DNA of 64,000 bases from Methanotrichaceae archaeon (lineage in GTDB: Archaea > Halobacteriota > Methanosarcinia > Methanotrichales > Methanotrichaceae). Below are positions 20,663 to 30,176 of the stretch, piece by piece. A program made the position numbers and the translations under genes. The notes below the pieces were generated by a model that was given only the letters and a program-made list of their open reading frames with translations, did not search any database and was not told the origin of the DNA. Each line of letters opens with the position of its first letter. Position 1 is the first letter of the stretch. The stretch is from NCBI GenBank assembly GCA_963803145.1, contig CAWDLW010000015.1, forward strand, positions 224,001 through 288,000. Direction: 5' to 3'.

Positions 20663-20815
20663 ATGAAGGTCAAGTCCGTTCAGAAGTTCAACTACGCCGA
20701 CTCGTCTGGCGCAACTCAGAGCATCGATCCGGGAATGGTTGTAGATGTTCCTGAGGGTATAGCCAAGAACTGGATCAGTATGGGATGGGCTACTGAATAT
20801 AAGCCTGCAAAATAA
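20663..20815 (+). CDS. Small protein (50 aa) absent from ORF track
   Basis: AGGAGA RBS; MKVKSVQKFNYADSSGATQSIDPGMVVDVPEGIAKNWISMGWATEYKPAK; followed by terminator-like hairpin. Confidence 0.7.
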   Translation: MKVKSVQKFNYADSSGATQSIDPGMVVDVPEGIAKNWISMGWATEYKPAK

Positions 20816-20832
20816 CCGGTTCACTGGATTCT

Positions 20833-20856
20833 AGAGTTTTCAGGAAAACTCTTTTT
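20833..20856 (+). terminator. Hairpin plus T-tract terminator
   Basis: AGAGTTTT-cagg-AAAACTCT-TTTT. Confidence 0.6.
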
Positions 20857-20968
20857 CCTTGACAGCCCGATATTCAATATTTACCACCGCCAATCCTCAC
20901 ATGTTGTGTGGAAATACCCCTCTTTCCTTAGCGATCATCATTTATACCCCTTGAATAGTCTAACTGAC

Positions 20969-22816
20969 ATGCATAACGGGTTGAGCCCCAGATCGGGCAA
21001 ATCCATTGTTATAATTCTAGCGATCATAACAATGATACTTTCTGGTTTCGCAGACGCTACATTCTCCGTCAAACCAGGAAATAGCATTCAGTCAGCCATA
21101 AGCGCTGCCAATCCAGGCCAAATCATTGAGGTGCAAAACGGCACCTTCCATGAGCGGATCAATATTACCAAACCTATCGCCCTTAAAGGGGTGGGTAATC
21201 CAATTATTGATGCAGGCGGCATTGGAAGCGCTATAACCATCTCGGCAAGTGGTTCAACTCTACTCGGATTTACAGTTACAGGATCCGGCATTGGTGGCGG
21301 AGATGCCGGCATAAAGGTGCTCTCCAGCGATAATATAATCAAAGACAACACAGTCATCAAAAATAATAACTACGGAATGATCCTATATCATAATGACAAA
21401 AATACTATACTTTCGAATGCAATGGTAGGAAACAAAAAAGGCGGAATTTTGCTGGTTCATTCCAACAACAATCTGATCTGGGACAACAATGTCAGCATGA
21501 ACTGGAACGGCATCACTATTGAAACCTCTACCGGCAATACCATCAAGTCCAACAATCTGACCAGGAACAAGTTGGGCATAAATGTTTCGAGCAATAACAT
21601 AAGCGAGAGTATCACCCCACATGGCAAGGGTGTATCAATTAAATACAGCGCCATCAGCAAACTGACGACCTACAATATCGACCAGAACAGCACAGGCTCA
21701 TCACCCAACGTCAACATCATCTATCAGAACAATCTTCAGAACAACGGCCAGAGTGCCTTCGACGATGGCAACAACCAGTGGGATAACGGCAAGGCAGGCA
21801 ACCATTATAGCAACTATGATGCCTATGAACAAGGCTGCACTGATCGCAACAGAAATGGCATCTGTGATAATAGTTATAGCATTCCGGGAGGACACAACGT
21901 AGATTCACTGCCGAAAGCCTCTCCTGACGCCATACTCAGCTACAAGTCAAAGGGATTGATGGGCTCAGAGCTGAAGATAGACCATAAAACCTTCCTGCCC
22001 GGCGCGGATATCAATGTAATATATCAGGCTCCAAGAAACTTCTCGGGCTGGGTGGGTGTTATAAAGGCGGATCAGCCCAGAGGAAGCGCCAGCCAGGAAA
22101 TGGCGCTGACCTATCAGAAGTTTGTAGGCTCATCAGGCATATTGAATCTACGGGCTCCAGCCGACAGCGGCGCATACGATCTTCGATTGTACGATGCTAC
22201 CAGCGGCGAGGAGATGGCCTCTTTGAATTTCATGGTCAAAATCCCAACGATTTCCGCCACTCCTAGCCCGGTGTATACTTGTGAGCAGATTACAGTCGCT
22301 TACGCAGGAGCCCCAGGTTTTGATAATGACTGGATAGCCATGTACAGATCGGGATCACCTGATACCAGTTACATTAATCGCCAGTACCTGGATGGAAAAG
22401 AGAACGGCACATTGATCCTTGACTCCCCCGATCCGGGCAGTTATGACTTCAGGATGTTCGAGAATAATAGTTACACCCGACTGGCCGCCAGCAACAGTGT
22501 GACAGTCAGAGCCTATAATGGCACCAAGGTCGAGGCCACACCAACTCATGTTGCGCCCGGAGGTACAGTCACTGTAACCTATTGGGGTGCACCGGCATCA
22601 GGATCAGGTGTCATTGGAATGTATGGAATGACTAGGCCTGACAAGTTCCCCATTGAAACAAGATCCCTTGGCAGCAGGAGCTGCGGAAGAATGACTTGGA
22701 AGCTTCCTTATGACGCAGGGCAATACGACTTCAGAATGTTCTACTCCGCGATCACCGATGTCGGACAAGGAGCTTACCAGATTTTGGGCCAGAGCGATGT
22801 GGTAACAGTAGGCTAG
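20969..22816 (+). CDS. Secreted NosD/right-handed beta-helix surface protein with three C-terminal Ig-like repeats
   Basis: SIQSAI..A.PG..I.V..G, N-rich PbH1 repeats, WDNG..GNHYS..D.N.NGICD motif, G.YDFRMF repeats; track start 20906. Confidence 0.85.
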   Translation: MHNGLSPRSGKSIVIILAIITMILSGFADATFSVKPGNSIQSAISAANPGQIIEVQNGTFHERINITKPIALKGVGNPIIDAGGIGSAITISASGSTLLGFTVTGSGIGGGDAGIKVLSSDNIIKDNTVIKNNNYGMILYHNDKNTILSNAMVGNKKGGILLVHSNNNLIWDNNVSMNWNGITIETSTGNTIKSNNLTRNKLGINVSSNNISESITPHGKGVSIKYSAISKLTTYNIDQNSTGSSPNVNIIYQNNLQNNGQSAFDDGNNQWDNGKAGNHYSNYDAYEQGCTDRNRNGICDNSYSIPGGHNVDSLPKASPDAILSYKSKGLMGSELKIDHKTFLPGADINVIYQAPRNFSGWVGVIKADQPRGSASQEMALTYQKFVGSSGILNLRAPADSGAYDLRLYDATSGEEMASLNFMVKIPTISATPSPVYTCEQITVAYAGAPGFDNDWIAMYRSGSPDTSYINRQYLDGKENGTLILDSPDPGSYDFRMFENNSYTRLAASNSVTVRAYNGTKVEATPTHVAPGGTVTVTYWGAPASGSGVIGMYGMTRPDKFPIETRSLGSRSCGRMTWKLPYDAGQYDFRMFYSAITDVGQGAYQILGQSDVVTVG

Positions 22817-23342
22817 AAGCTAGGGAGTTAGTAGCCTGGCGGCAGAAGGATTGATCTGCGAGTAGCATAGCCGCCTAGGCGCAACTCCCTCCATTTTGAG
22901 GAAGCTATTCATGTCGTCGATTAAATCAACTAACGATCGCAGGAATCTATAAATTTTTTATCTTCCAAGGCTACAAAAATAAAAATTTCATATATGGCGA
23001 TTGATCAAGACCAAAGGGCATATCAATTAATCAAAGAATATATCAGAGCAGTCCAAGAACGTGAAAATGTATTATGGATAGAGCCCCCGATATGAGTATT
23101 GTTGCTTGCTTATCCTCTAGGTATATGTGCTAATTATCAGAATCAAGATTTAATATTCTCTTAATTAAGTACTTTGGCAGCGTATGCGTATATTTAAAAC
23201 AAAATCAGAATCAAAAATTTAGGTAAGATAAGTAAGTAATACGATACTGTAGCCATCGTAATGGCATAACGTTAGAACAGCATATTCCTATACCTTTATT
23301 AAAAAAACAAAGAGAGACTTTATTAACGTTGGTGGGGCGATT

Positions 23343-25460
23343 ATGAAGACATGGATTGTACTGCTTCCAATAATTATTACCTTAGCATTGTCAAATAGCA
23401 TAAATGCAGAAGAAGCGAATACTACTGATCATATCGAAGTGACTACTATCGGTCATCCTACCGGGGCCATTTGCCCTACAGAGTCGGGCTGTCCAACTGG
23501 TTCATCTTGTCCATCCGGAAGCGTCTGCCTAACTGACAGCGGTAGCTGCCCCACAGGAGGAAGCTGCCAGGGAAATACTTGCCCAAGCTGTGTTGAGTGT
23601 GTGTCTGCAGCATTCTGTCCAACCGGCTCCAAATGTGCGACAAGTTCCGGTTGCACTACTACAAGCAGCTGCCCAAGCGGAGCTGATTGTCCGACAGGTT
23701 CAAGCTGTGCGACCAACTCGGGCTGCACGACGGGAGCAACCTGCTTAACGGGGGCAACATGTCCTACAGATAGTGGATGTATCACAGGTGCAAGCTGTCC
23801 GACGGGATCTGGCTGTACAACTGGCGCAAGCTGTACATCAGATGCAAATTGTCCAACCGCAGCAGACTGCGTTACCAGCAGCAAATGCCCAAGCGGCCCA
23901 TCCTGTCCGACCGTATTGGGCTGTTGCGAAATAATAACCGATTCCAATACACCGACTGGTACAGACTGTCCGACAGGATCAACTTGCTTAACGGGGGCAA
24001 CATGTCCTACAGATAGTGGATGTATCACAGGTGCAAGCTGTCCAACTGGGTCTGGCTGTACAACTGGTGCAAGCTGTACATCAGATGCAAATTGTCCAAC
24101 CGCGGCAGACTGCGTTACCAGTAGCATTTGCCCGAGCGGCCCATCCTGTCCGACCGTATTGGGTTGTTGTGAAATAGTAACTGATTCAGGTACACCGACT
24201 GGTGCAGGCTGTCCAACAGGGTCCGATTGCACAACAAGCATAAGCTGCCCGACGGGTGCCAGCTGTCCAACTGGCGCGAGCTGTACATCAGATGCAAATT
24301 GTCCAACCGCGGCAGACTGCGTTACCAGCAGCAAATGCCCAAGCGGCCCATCCTGTCCGACCGTGTTGGGGTGCTGTCAAATAGTAACCAATTCGGGCAC
24401 TCCATCCAGCAATGGCTGTGTAACCGCCGCGATATGTCCAACTAGCGCAAGCTGTATGACAGGCACATCTTGCCCATCAACGAGCGATTGTCCCACAAGC
24501 TTGCTCTGCCCGACATTTAGCGATTGCACAACGAGTTCTCTATGTCCATCCAGCAGCGGCTGTATGACTAACTCAGAATGTCCAACAGGCAGCGACTGCG
24601 TAGCAGGTCCAAACTGCCAAGGTGACCTCACCTGCCCACGCAACATAGTATGCACGACATGCGGCATCTCCTCTGGGAGCAGATATAAGGAAAGCATCCA
24701 GAGACTGCTGACATTATCTGTTCAAAATGTGAACTACTACAAATACTCTGAGAACGCTCAAATGAATGCTATATTCAACGGCCCATATCCAACGACTCGA
24801 CAGATTAGCACTAAAGATGAAAGTGGAATCGTAGATTTAAAGGATAAAAATGCAAAGCAGATTTTAAAATTAGTGAGTTCCGATTATAGCGGCAAAACCC
24901 TCTCATCGCAAGAGAGCGAAGCTTATCTGATCGGCGATAAATTATATACCAAAGTAAATGGAGAATGGGCAGAGTCCGTAATCTCCAATCCTGTAAAGGC
25001 GTTTGAAGAACGCGACAAGCTTAAAGGCCTTGTGGGGCTCATCAGCAGCTCTGATATGGAAGTGATTGGCACTGAGGTAATTGATGGACAGCGATGCTAT
25101 AAGTTGAAGATCAATCCCGAGCTTCATGCTGCGAATAGCATACTTGCAGACCAGGCCATCGCAGCATATTCTTCAACTGCAGTATCGCTCCCATCGATAA
25201 GCTCGGAAGACCTATCGGAAGGCAATACTCTGCTCGATAACAGCAATATATCCTATACAATTTGGATCACATCGGCTACATACATTCCGAAGATGATGAA
25301 TGCAGAGATAACATTCGCTCTGACTCCCGCAAGCCTTAAGGGCGGATCGGACAGCATCCCCGACTTCAGAATTGATGCTGAAACGTTGGATACAATAGTG
25401 TTCAGTGACTTCAATGTGCCGGAGAAAATAGAAGTACCTACAGAGGTAAAGAGCTCCTGA
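23343..25460 (+). CDS. Secreted protein with about 400-aa Cys-periodic repeat region and C-terminal LppX/LolA-like (DUF6612-like) domain
   Basis: Signal peptide; CxTxxx hexapeptides; C-terminal Y.IGDKLY.K..G.W...G.E.IDG..CY.L...FSDFN.P.KIEVP pattern. Confidence 0.75.
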   Translation: MKTWIVLLPIIITLALSNSINAEEANTTDHIEVTTIGHPTGAICPTESGCPTGSSCPSGSVCLTDSGSCPTGGSCQGNTCPSCVECVSAAFCPTGSKCATSSGCTTTSSCPSGADCPTGSSCATNSGCTTGATCLTGATCPTDSGCITGASCPTGSGCTTGASCTSDANCPTAADCVTSSKCPSGPSCPTVLGCCEIITDSNTPTGTDCPTGSTCLTGATCPTDSGCITGASCPTGSGCTTGASCTSDANCPTAADCVTSSICPSGPSCPTVLGCCEIVTDSGTPTGAGCPTGSDCTTSISCPTGASCPTGASCTSDANCPTAADCVTSSKCPSGPSCPTVLGCCQIVTNSGTPSSNGCVTAAICPTSASCMTGTSCPSTSDCPTSLLCPTFSDCTTSSLCPSSSGCMTNSECPTGSDCVAGPNCQGDLTCPRNIVCTTCGISSGSRYKESIQRLLTLSVQNVNYYKYSENAQMNAIFNGPYPTTRQISTKDESGIVDLKDKNAKQILKLVSSDYSGKTLSSQESEAYLIGDKLYTKVNGEWAESVISNPVKAFEERDKLKGLVGLISSSDMEVIGTEVIDGQRCYKLKINPELHAANSILADQAIAAYSSTAVSLPSISSEDLSEGNTLLDNSNISYTIWITSATYIPKMMNAEITFALTPASLKGGSDSIPDFRIDAETLDTIVFSDFNVPEKIEVPTEVKSS
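23742..24380 (+). repeat. Intragenic near-tandem duplications (243-bp/81-aa period, third partial copy)
   Basis: tgcttaacgggggcaacatgtcctacagatagtgg at 23742 and 23985; CTSDANCPTAADCVTSS.CPSGPSCPTVLGCC three times. Confidence 0.9.
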
Positions 25461-25511
25461 AAAACATTGAATTTATATTGACGGCAGCCTTAAGAGGGCT
25501 GCCCGAAATCT

Positions 25512-26495
25512 TCAACCGAATGGAAACTCGCCAACGTTGGCGCTATCGCTGTATCCCATTGATTCCCAATACCCCCTCTCCTCTTTATCAGTTACATCAA
25601 TCAAAGTGATCCATTTAGCCCATTTGTAGCCATACTTGTCCTTGGCAACGAGCTGAAAGGGAAAGCCTCGCTCAGGCGGAAGGGTGAGGTCATTGATTCC
25701 ATATGCCATAAGTATATTGTTATCTCTTAGATAATCCAGCGGAAGACCTGTGGAATAGTTATCTGCCGTATGGAAGATAACGTACTTTGCTTCAGGCCGA
25801 ATGCCGAAGCGGTTCAATAAATCCATAACTCTGAATCCAGTCCACTTGGCGTTGAAGCCCCAGCCCTCTACACATGGCATATATACAACTTCAGAGTAGT
25901 CCTGAAGACCTAAGAGCTCATCATAGCTCCAGTTAGTCTCCTTATTAACAAGCCCAGTAACCTCCAATCGGTAGGTTGCACGATCTATGAACTGAGTGCC
26001 CTGGATAGCATTGTTTCCTTGAGATCTCAGGGGCTCCAGAGAAACGCCAAGATACTCCTTTGCCTCCACTTCAGGCAGCTTGCTTGAGACAGGCACCTGA
26101 AATGTGACATTGTGCACGCTAGACTCCTCAGAGGCGATAGAGGCGATGCCTGAAAGCATCGCCAGCCCCATCAGCAGAGCGATCACTGAAAGCGCTGCTG
26201 CAATATAGCCAAGACGGCAATGCCGTAAGGATTTGCGCGGTATTATCCCATCGATAAAGATATAGCAGGATAACAAGAGTGCAGAAAGGCCGATCCAGGA
26301 ATGAATTGTATGGAAATCCAAGGGATAAAACCGAATATTTCCTGCAGAGAGATAACCAATCAAGCCAAATAAGGCAAAAACCACCGTGGCAATGCTGAGA
26401 TACTTATGAAACTGCTTTTTGAATCCGAAGACAATTAGAATTGTCAAAATTGCAGCGATCGCAGATGGAAGCCAGTGTAAAACCGAGAAGACCAT
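25512..26495 (-). CDS. Molybdopterin-dependent oxidoreductase (sulfite oxidase/MsrP-like) with N-terminal 4-TM domain
   Basis: MPCVEGW Mo-Cys motif, W.G, LAY..N...LP.ERGFP, YGYKWAKWI; TM His residues. Confidence 0.85.
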   Translation of the reverse strand: MVFSVLHWLPSAIAAILTILIVFGFKKQFHKYLSIATVVFALFGLIGYLSAGNIRFYPLDFHTIHSWIGLSALLLSCYIFIDGIIPRKSLRHCRLGYIAAALSVIALLMGLAMLSGIASIASEESSVHNVTFQVPVSSKLPEVEAKEYLGVSLEPLRSQGNNAIQGTQFIDRATYRLEVTGLVNKETNWSYDELLGLQDYSEVVYMPCVEGWGFNAKWTGFRVMDLLNRFGIRPEAKYVIFHTADNYSTGLPLDYLRDNNILMAYGINDLTLPPERGFPFQLVAKDKYGYKWAKWITLIDVTDKEERGYWESMGYSDSANVGEFPFG

Positions 26496-26618
26496 TAGAA
26501 ACTATAACTAGTGTCAGTATTAATATTAATAGGTTTATCTGCAGGAGATGTTTCACTGTTGACATATGGAAAATATAAGAGCCCAGGACTTGACGACCTG
26601 GGCTGGAAAATGTTTTGC

Positions 26619-27944
26619 CTATTGTTTGCTCTGAACCGGGATTGCAGTGGTATTGTTTTTCGTCTGGTTCTTGGTAGTATTTTGGAGGCCCAGCGTCACC
26701 TTCGAAAGCCTTTTCCTCGTCTCATTAATGCTGTCGCTTATCTTTTGGCCAATATTGCTCTGCCCGCCTGATGTTCCGCTTTTTACACCGCTAAGCCTTT
26801 GCTTGGTTGCATTTATTTGATCCTGCAAGGACATTACTGCCTTCGCTGTCTGATTCTTGGAGCTTTGGGCAGACTTATTTCCTGACGGCGCAGAGGTCTG
26901 CGTTGATGGCGCAGAGGTCTGTGTCCCGGTTACAGTCGGCCCCTGTGTCGGGATTGGAGGAGATGAAGGAGTTACAGAGCTCTCAGGCTTCATGGTCGGC
27001 TGAGTAATTTGTGGCACCTGACTAAATTGTGGCATCTGATTGAATTGTGATGCTTGGCTAAATTGCGGTGCTTGATTAATTTGTGGCATCTCATTAAATT
27101 GTGGCATCTTGGTTGTTTGTGATGCCTGAGCAGTTTGGGGTATCTGGGTTGTTTGTGGTACCTGGGCAGTTTGTGGTACCTGGGTTGTTTGTGTTTGCGA
27201 TGTTTGGGGTGCCGACGTACCGTACACTTGGGCATCCGTCAGTTGGCCCATATCCTTGTCAAGATCTATAGTGATCTGGTTACTGGTAGCATAATCATAG
27301 GCCAGAACTGAAGGCCTGCTGAATGGCGATATGCCGCCGAAGATAAGGCTGACCTTTGTGGCCTTCTTAGGTCCGAGCTCTGTGGTTGTAAACCCTTCCA
27401 TCGTGTAATAAGGCCAGCCCCATTGATCAAGAAGTGTGAAGTTATCAGGGCTTACAGTAAAGGGTGTTGTGCCGTTATTGGCTATACCTATCTCAAAAGC
27501 TATTGCCTGCTGATCCGGCTGCATCACCCAATCCACAATACCGTAGTACCTCAAGATTATATCGCCCATAATACCTTTGGGCGTCTTCCACCAGTTGATG
27601 CTGAACGGCTTGCCTCCCGTAGGAGTAACCTTCAGGAGCTTGTAGAGTGCAGTCTCGGGAACAGAGAAGATCAGCAAAGTGCGCCCTGGCTGAAGGCTTT
27701 TATAGGCACTAGGTTTATAGATATTATCCTTGCTGTCCACAAGCTCATAGGTGGCGTTGCTTGCTCCTAGTAGGCCCACATCCAATTCGAGATCCGCCTG
27801 AGTGTTGTTCTTGTCTTGCGATACGGGCGCCTTGGTCAGGCCGAAGAGCGTGCATTTTACAGCATCATTTCCTCCTTGTAGAGGAATAGCCTGAGTAAGG
27901 CCCAGGATCAAAGCGATAAACAGTATCAAAGCGAGCAGTCTCAT
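26619..27944 (-). CDS. Secreted protein with Ig-like (DUF4352-like) domain and Q/P/T-rich hexapeptide repeats
   Basis: MRLLAL signal peptide after GAGGGG (track start 27998); (T/F)xQ(V/M)PQ repeats; C-terminal helices. Confidence 0.65.
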   Translation of the reverse strand: MRLLALILFIALILGLTQAIPLQGGNDAVKCTLFGLTKAPVSQDKNNTQADLELDVGLLGASNATYELVDSKDNIYKPSAYKSLQPGRTLLIFSVPETALYKLLKVTPTGGKPFSINWWKTPKGIMGDIILRYYGIVDWVMQPDQQAIAFEIGIANNGTTPFTVSPDNFTLLDQWGWPYYTMEGFTTTELGPKKATKVSLIFGGISPFSRPSVLAYDYATSNQITIDLDKDMGQLTDAQVYGTSAPQTSQTQTTQVPQTAQVPQTTQIPQTAQASQTTKMPQFNEMPQINQAPQFSQASQFNQMPQFSQVPQITQPTMKPESSVTPSSPPIPTQGPTVTGTQTSAPSTQTSAPSGNKSAQSSKNQTAKAVMSLQDQINATKQRLSGVKSGTSGGQSNIGQKISDSINETRKRLSKVTLGLQNTTKNQTKNNTTAIPVQSKQ

Positions 27945-28088
27945 CCTTACCCCCTCAACCATCGACTTATGATTATTTATCTTTAATACTACCGCCAATA
28001 TTTACAATTCACTTATATACAGTTTATCCCTGAATATTTCGAGCATCTCTGCTTAGGAAATGTATATCTGCTTGTTACGCCATAGACC

Positions 28089-30158
28089 ATGGCGGTGTTC
28101 TTGTTGTCATCTCTCACCCTTGTAACCTGCGGTCTGCCTTATGCCAATGGGCCATGTCATCTGGGCCACCTAAGAACCTATGTCCCTGCAGATATCTTTG
28201 TAAGGGGACTAAGAAAGATGGGACGTGATGTTTTATTTGTCTGCGGCACCGATGCCCATGGAACTCCCATCGTGGTTAACGCCGAGGCGCAAGGCACGAC
28301 TCCCAAGACGCTAGTAGCCAAATACCACCAACATTTCAATGAGGTATTCAAGGGCATGAACGTGGCCTTCGACTATTTCGGCGATACGGATAACCCATCC
28401 AACTATGAGAGGACCCAGAATATTATGAAGGCATTGATGGATGGCGGATACGTTTATCCAAGGGAGATCGAGCTTGCATACTGCCCTTCGTGTAAACGCT
28501 TCCTGCCAGATAGATATGTGGAAGGCATCTGTCCCTACTGCGGCGTATCCGCACGCGGAGATGAGTGTGATCAGGGCTGTGGGCGGCATCTTGAACCGGG
28601 AGAGATTAAGAATGCCGTCTGCAAAGTCTGCGGAAACAAGGCCGAGTATAGGAAGCAGACACACTACTTCTTCAAGTTATCCGCCTTCAGGGATTTTCTC
28701 CTGAACTACCTTCCGACATTGGGAGGGACTGCTGTTGCAAGAAATTATGCGCTTGAATGGGTCCGTCAGGAGCTGAAGGACTGGTGCATCACCAGGAACA
28801 TGAGCTGGGGTGTGCAGTTCCCGGGTCACAATAACCTCGTTGTCTACGTTTGGGTTGATGCTCCCATCGGTTATATCTCCTTCACCGAAGAGTGGTGCGC
28901 CCAAAATAGTAGGGATTGGAAGGAGTATTGGAAAGACGACGCGAGGATAGTTCATTTCATCGGCGGAGATATCGTCTACCACCACTGTATCTTTTGGCCT
29001 GCTATGCTGAAGGGTGCTGACTATAGCCTACCGAGTGCCGTCGTTGCCAGCGGAATGCTGAAGGTTGATGACAAAAAGTTCTCCAAATCGCGCGGCTATG
29101 TTATCTGGGCGAAGGATGACTATCTTGACAAGGGCTTACATCCTGACCTTCTCAGGTATTACCTGGTAAGCTACACATCCCATACAAAAGAGGTTAACTT
29201 TGCCTGGAAGATCTTTGCAGAGAAGGTGAATACTGAGCTTGTTGGAGCCTTCGGCAACTTCTTGAATCGTGCACTGACATTCACAGTTAAAAATTTCGAT
29301 GGCATTGTTCCCCGTGGAGAGATTGATCCCGAAGTCATGGCCAAGATCGATGGAACGCTGAAAGAGGTTACATCAGGCATTGAAGAGTATGAGTTCAAGA
29401 AGGCGGTGGACTCGATCATGGCCCTGGCAGACTTCGGCAACATCTACTTCCAGGCGCATGAGCCTTGGAAGCTCATCAAAAACGATAAGGATAAAGCTGG
29501 CTCAGTTTTGAGAACCTGCCTTCAGATTGCCAAGGCATTGGTTATACTAATGGAGCCGGTCATGCCGTCGAAGATGGATGCTGCCTGGAGACAGCTCGGC
29601 ATGGATAACGTAGGCATGGACAACGTAGGCATGGACAACGTAGGCATGAATAACGTTAAAGACTGCAGATTTGATGAGGCTCTTGTACAGATTGCTGAAG
29701 GCCATGCCCTCGGGACACCTCAAATACTTTTTAGCAAGATGGAAGAAACGACCGTCAAAGAATTAGATAAAATCTTCAAGGAAAGGATAAAGCAAGCTGA
29801 ATCGAGGGAGTTGATAAAGAAAGTGGAGAATCCAGAGAAGATACCCTTTGATCTTTTCAAGTCAGTAGATCTGAGGATTGGTAAGATAGTTGAGGCCCAG
29901 CCAATAAAAGGATCAGATAAGCTCCTCAAGCTCATGGTTGACATAGGCACTGAGACACGACAAGTAGTTGCAGGCATAGCTCAAGCTTACAAACCTGAGG
30001 AGCTTGTCGGAAGCCAGGTAGCAGTAGTAGCCAACCTTGAACCTGCGAAGCTTTTTGGCGTCGAGTCGCAGGCAATGCTTCTGGCGGCGGATGTTGATGG
30101 AAAGGCAGTGCTTCTCAGGCCTCGGGAAGATGTCAGGCCTGGAACAAAGATAAAATGA
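28089..30158 (+). CDS. metG: Methionyl-tRNA synthetase
   Basis: LPYANG..HLGH (HIGH), Zn knuckles, KFSKS, C-terminal tRNA-binding domain. Confidence 0.97.
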   Translation: MAVFLLSSLTLVTCGLPYANGPCHLGHLRTYVPADIFVRGLRKMGRDVLFVCGTDAHGTPIVVNAEAQGTTPKTLVAKYHQHFNEVFKGMNVAFDYFGDTDNPSNYERTQNIMKALMDGGYVYPREIELAYCPSCKRFLPDRYVEGICPYCGVSARGDECDQGCGRHLEPGEIKNAVCKVCGNKAEYRKQTHYFFKLSAFRDFLLNYLPTLGGTAVARNYALEWVRQELKDWCITRNMSWGVQFPGHNNLVVYVWVDAPIGYISFTEEWCAQNSRDWKEYWKDDARIVHFIGGDIVYHHCIFWPAMLKGADYSLPSAVVASGMLKVDDKKFSKSRGYVIWAKDDYLDKGLHPDLLRYYLVSYTSHTKEVNFAWKIFAEKVNTELVGAFGNFLNRALTFTVKNFDGIVPRGEIDPEVMAKIDGTLKEVTSGIEEYEFKKAVDSIMALADFGNIYFQAHEPWKLIKNDKDKAGSVLRTCLQIAKALVILMEPVMPSKMDAAWRQLGMDNVGMDNVGMDNVGMNNVKDCRFDEALVQIAEGHALGTPQILFSKMEETTVKELDKIFKERIKQAESRELIKKVENPEKIPFDLFKSVDLRIGKIVEAQPIKGSDKLLKLMVDIGTETRQVVAGIAQAYKPEELVGSQVAVVANLEPAKLFGVESQAMLLAADVDGKAVLLRPREDVRPGTKIK
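29598..29657 (+). repeat. 15-bp in-frame tandem repeat x4 (GMDNV) inside metG
   Basis: GGCATGGA(C/T)AACGTA x3 plus GGCATGAATAACGTT. Confidence 0.9.
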
Positions 30159-30176
30159 AATCTAGGAGGTTTTAAC

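Noticed and set aside
23453-24334. 293-aa antisense ORF with VGQLAP repeats
   Set aside because: Shadow of the Cys-repeat gene on the plus strand
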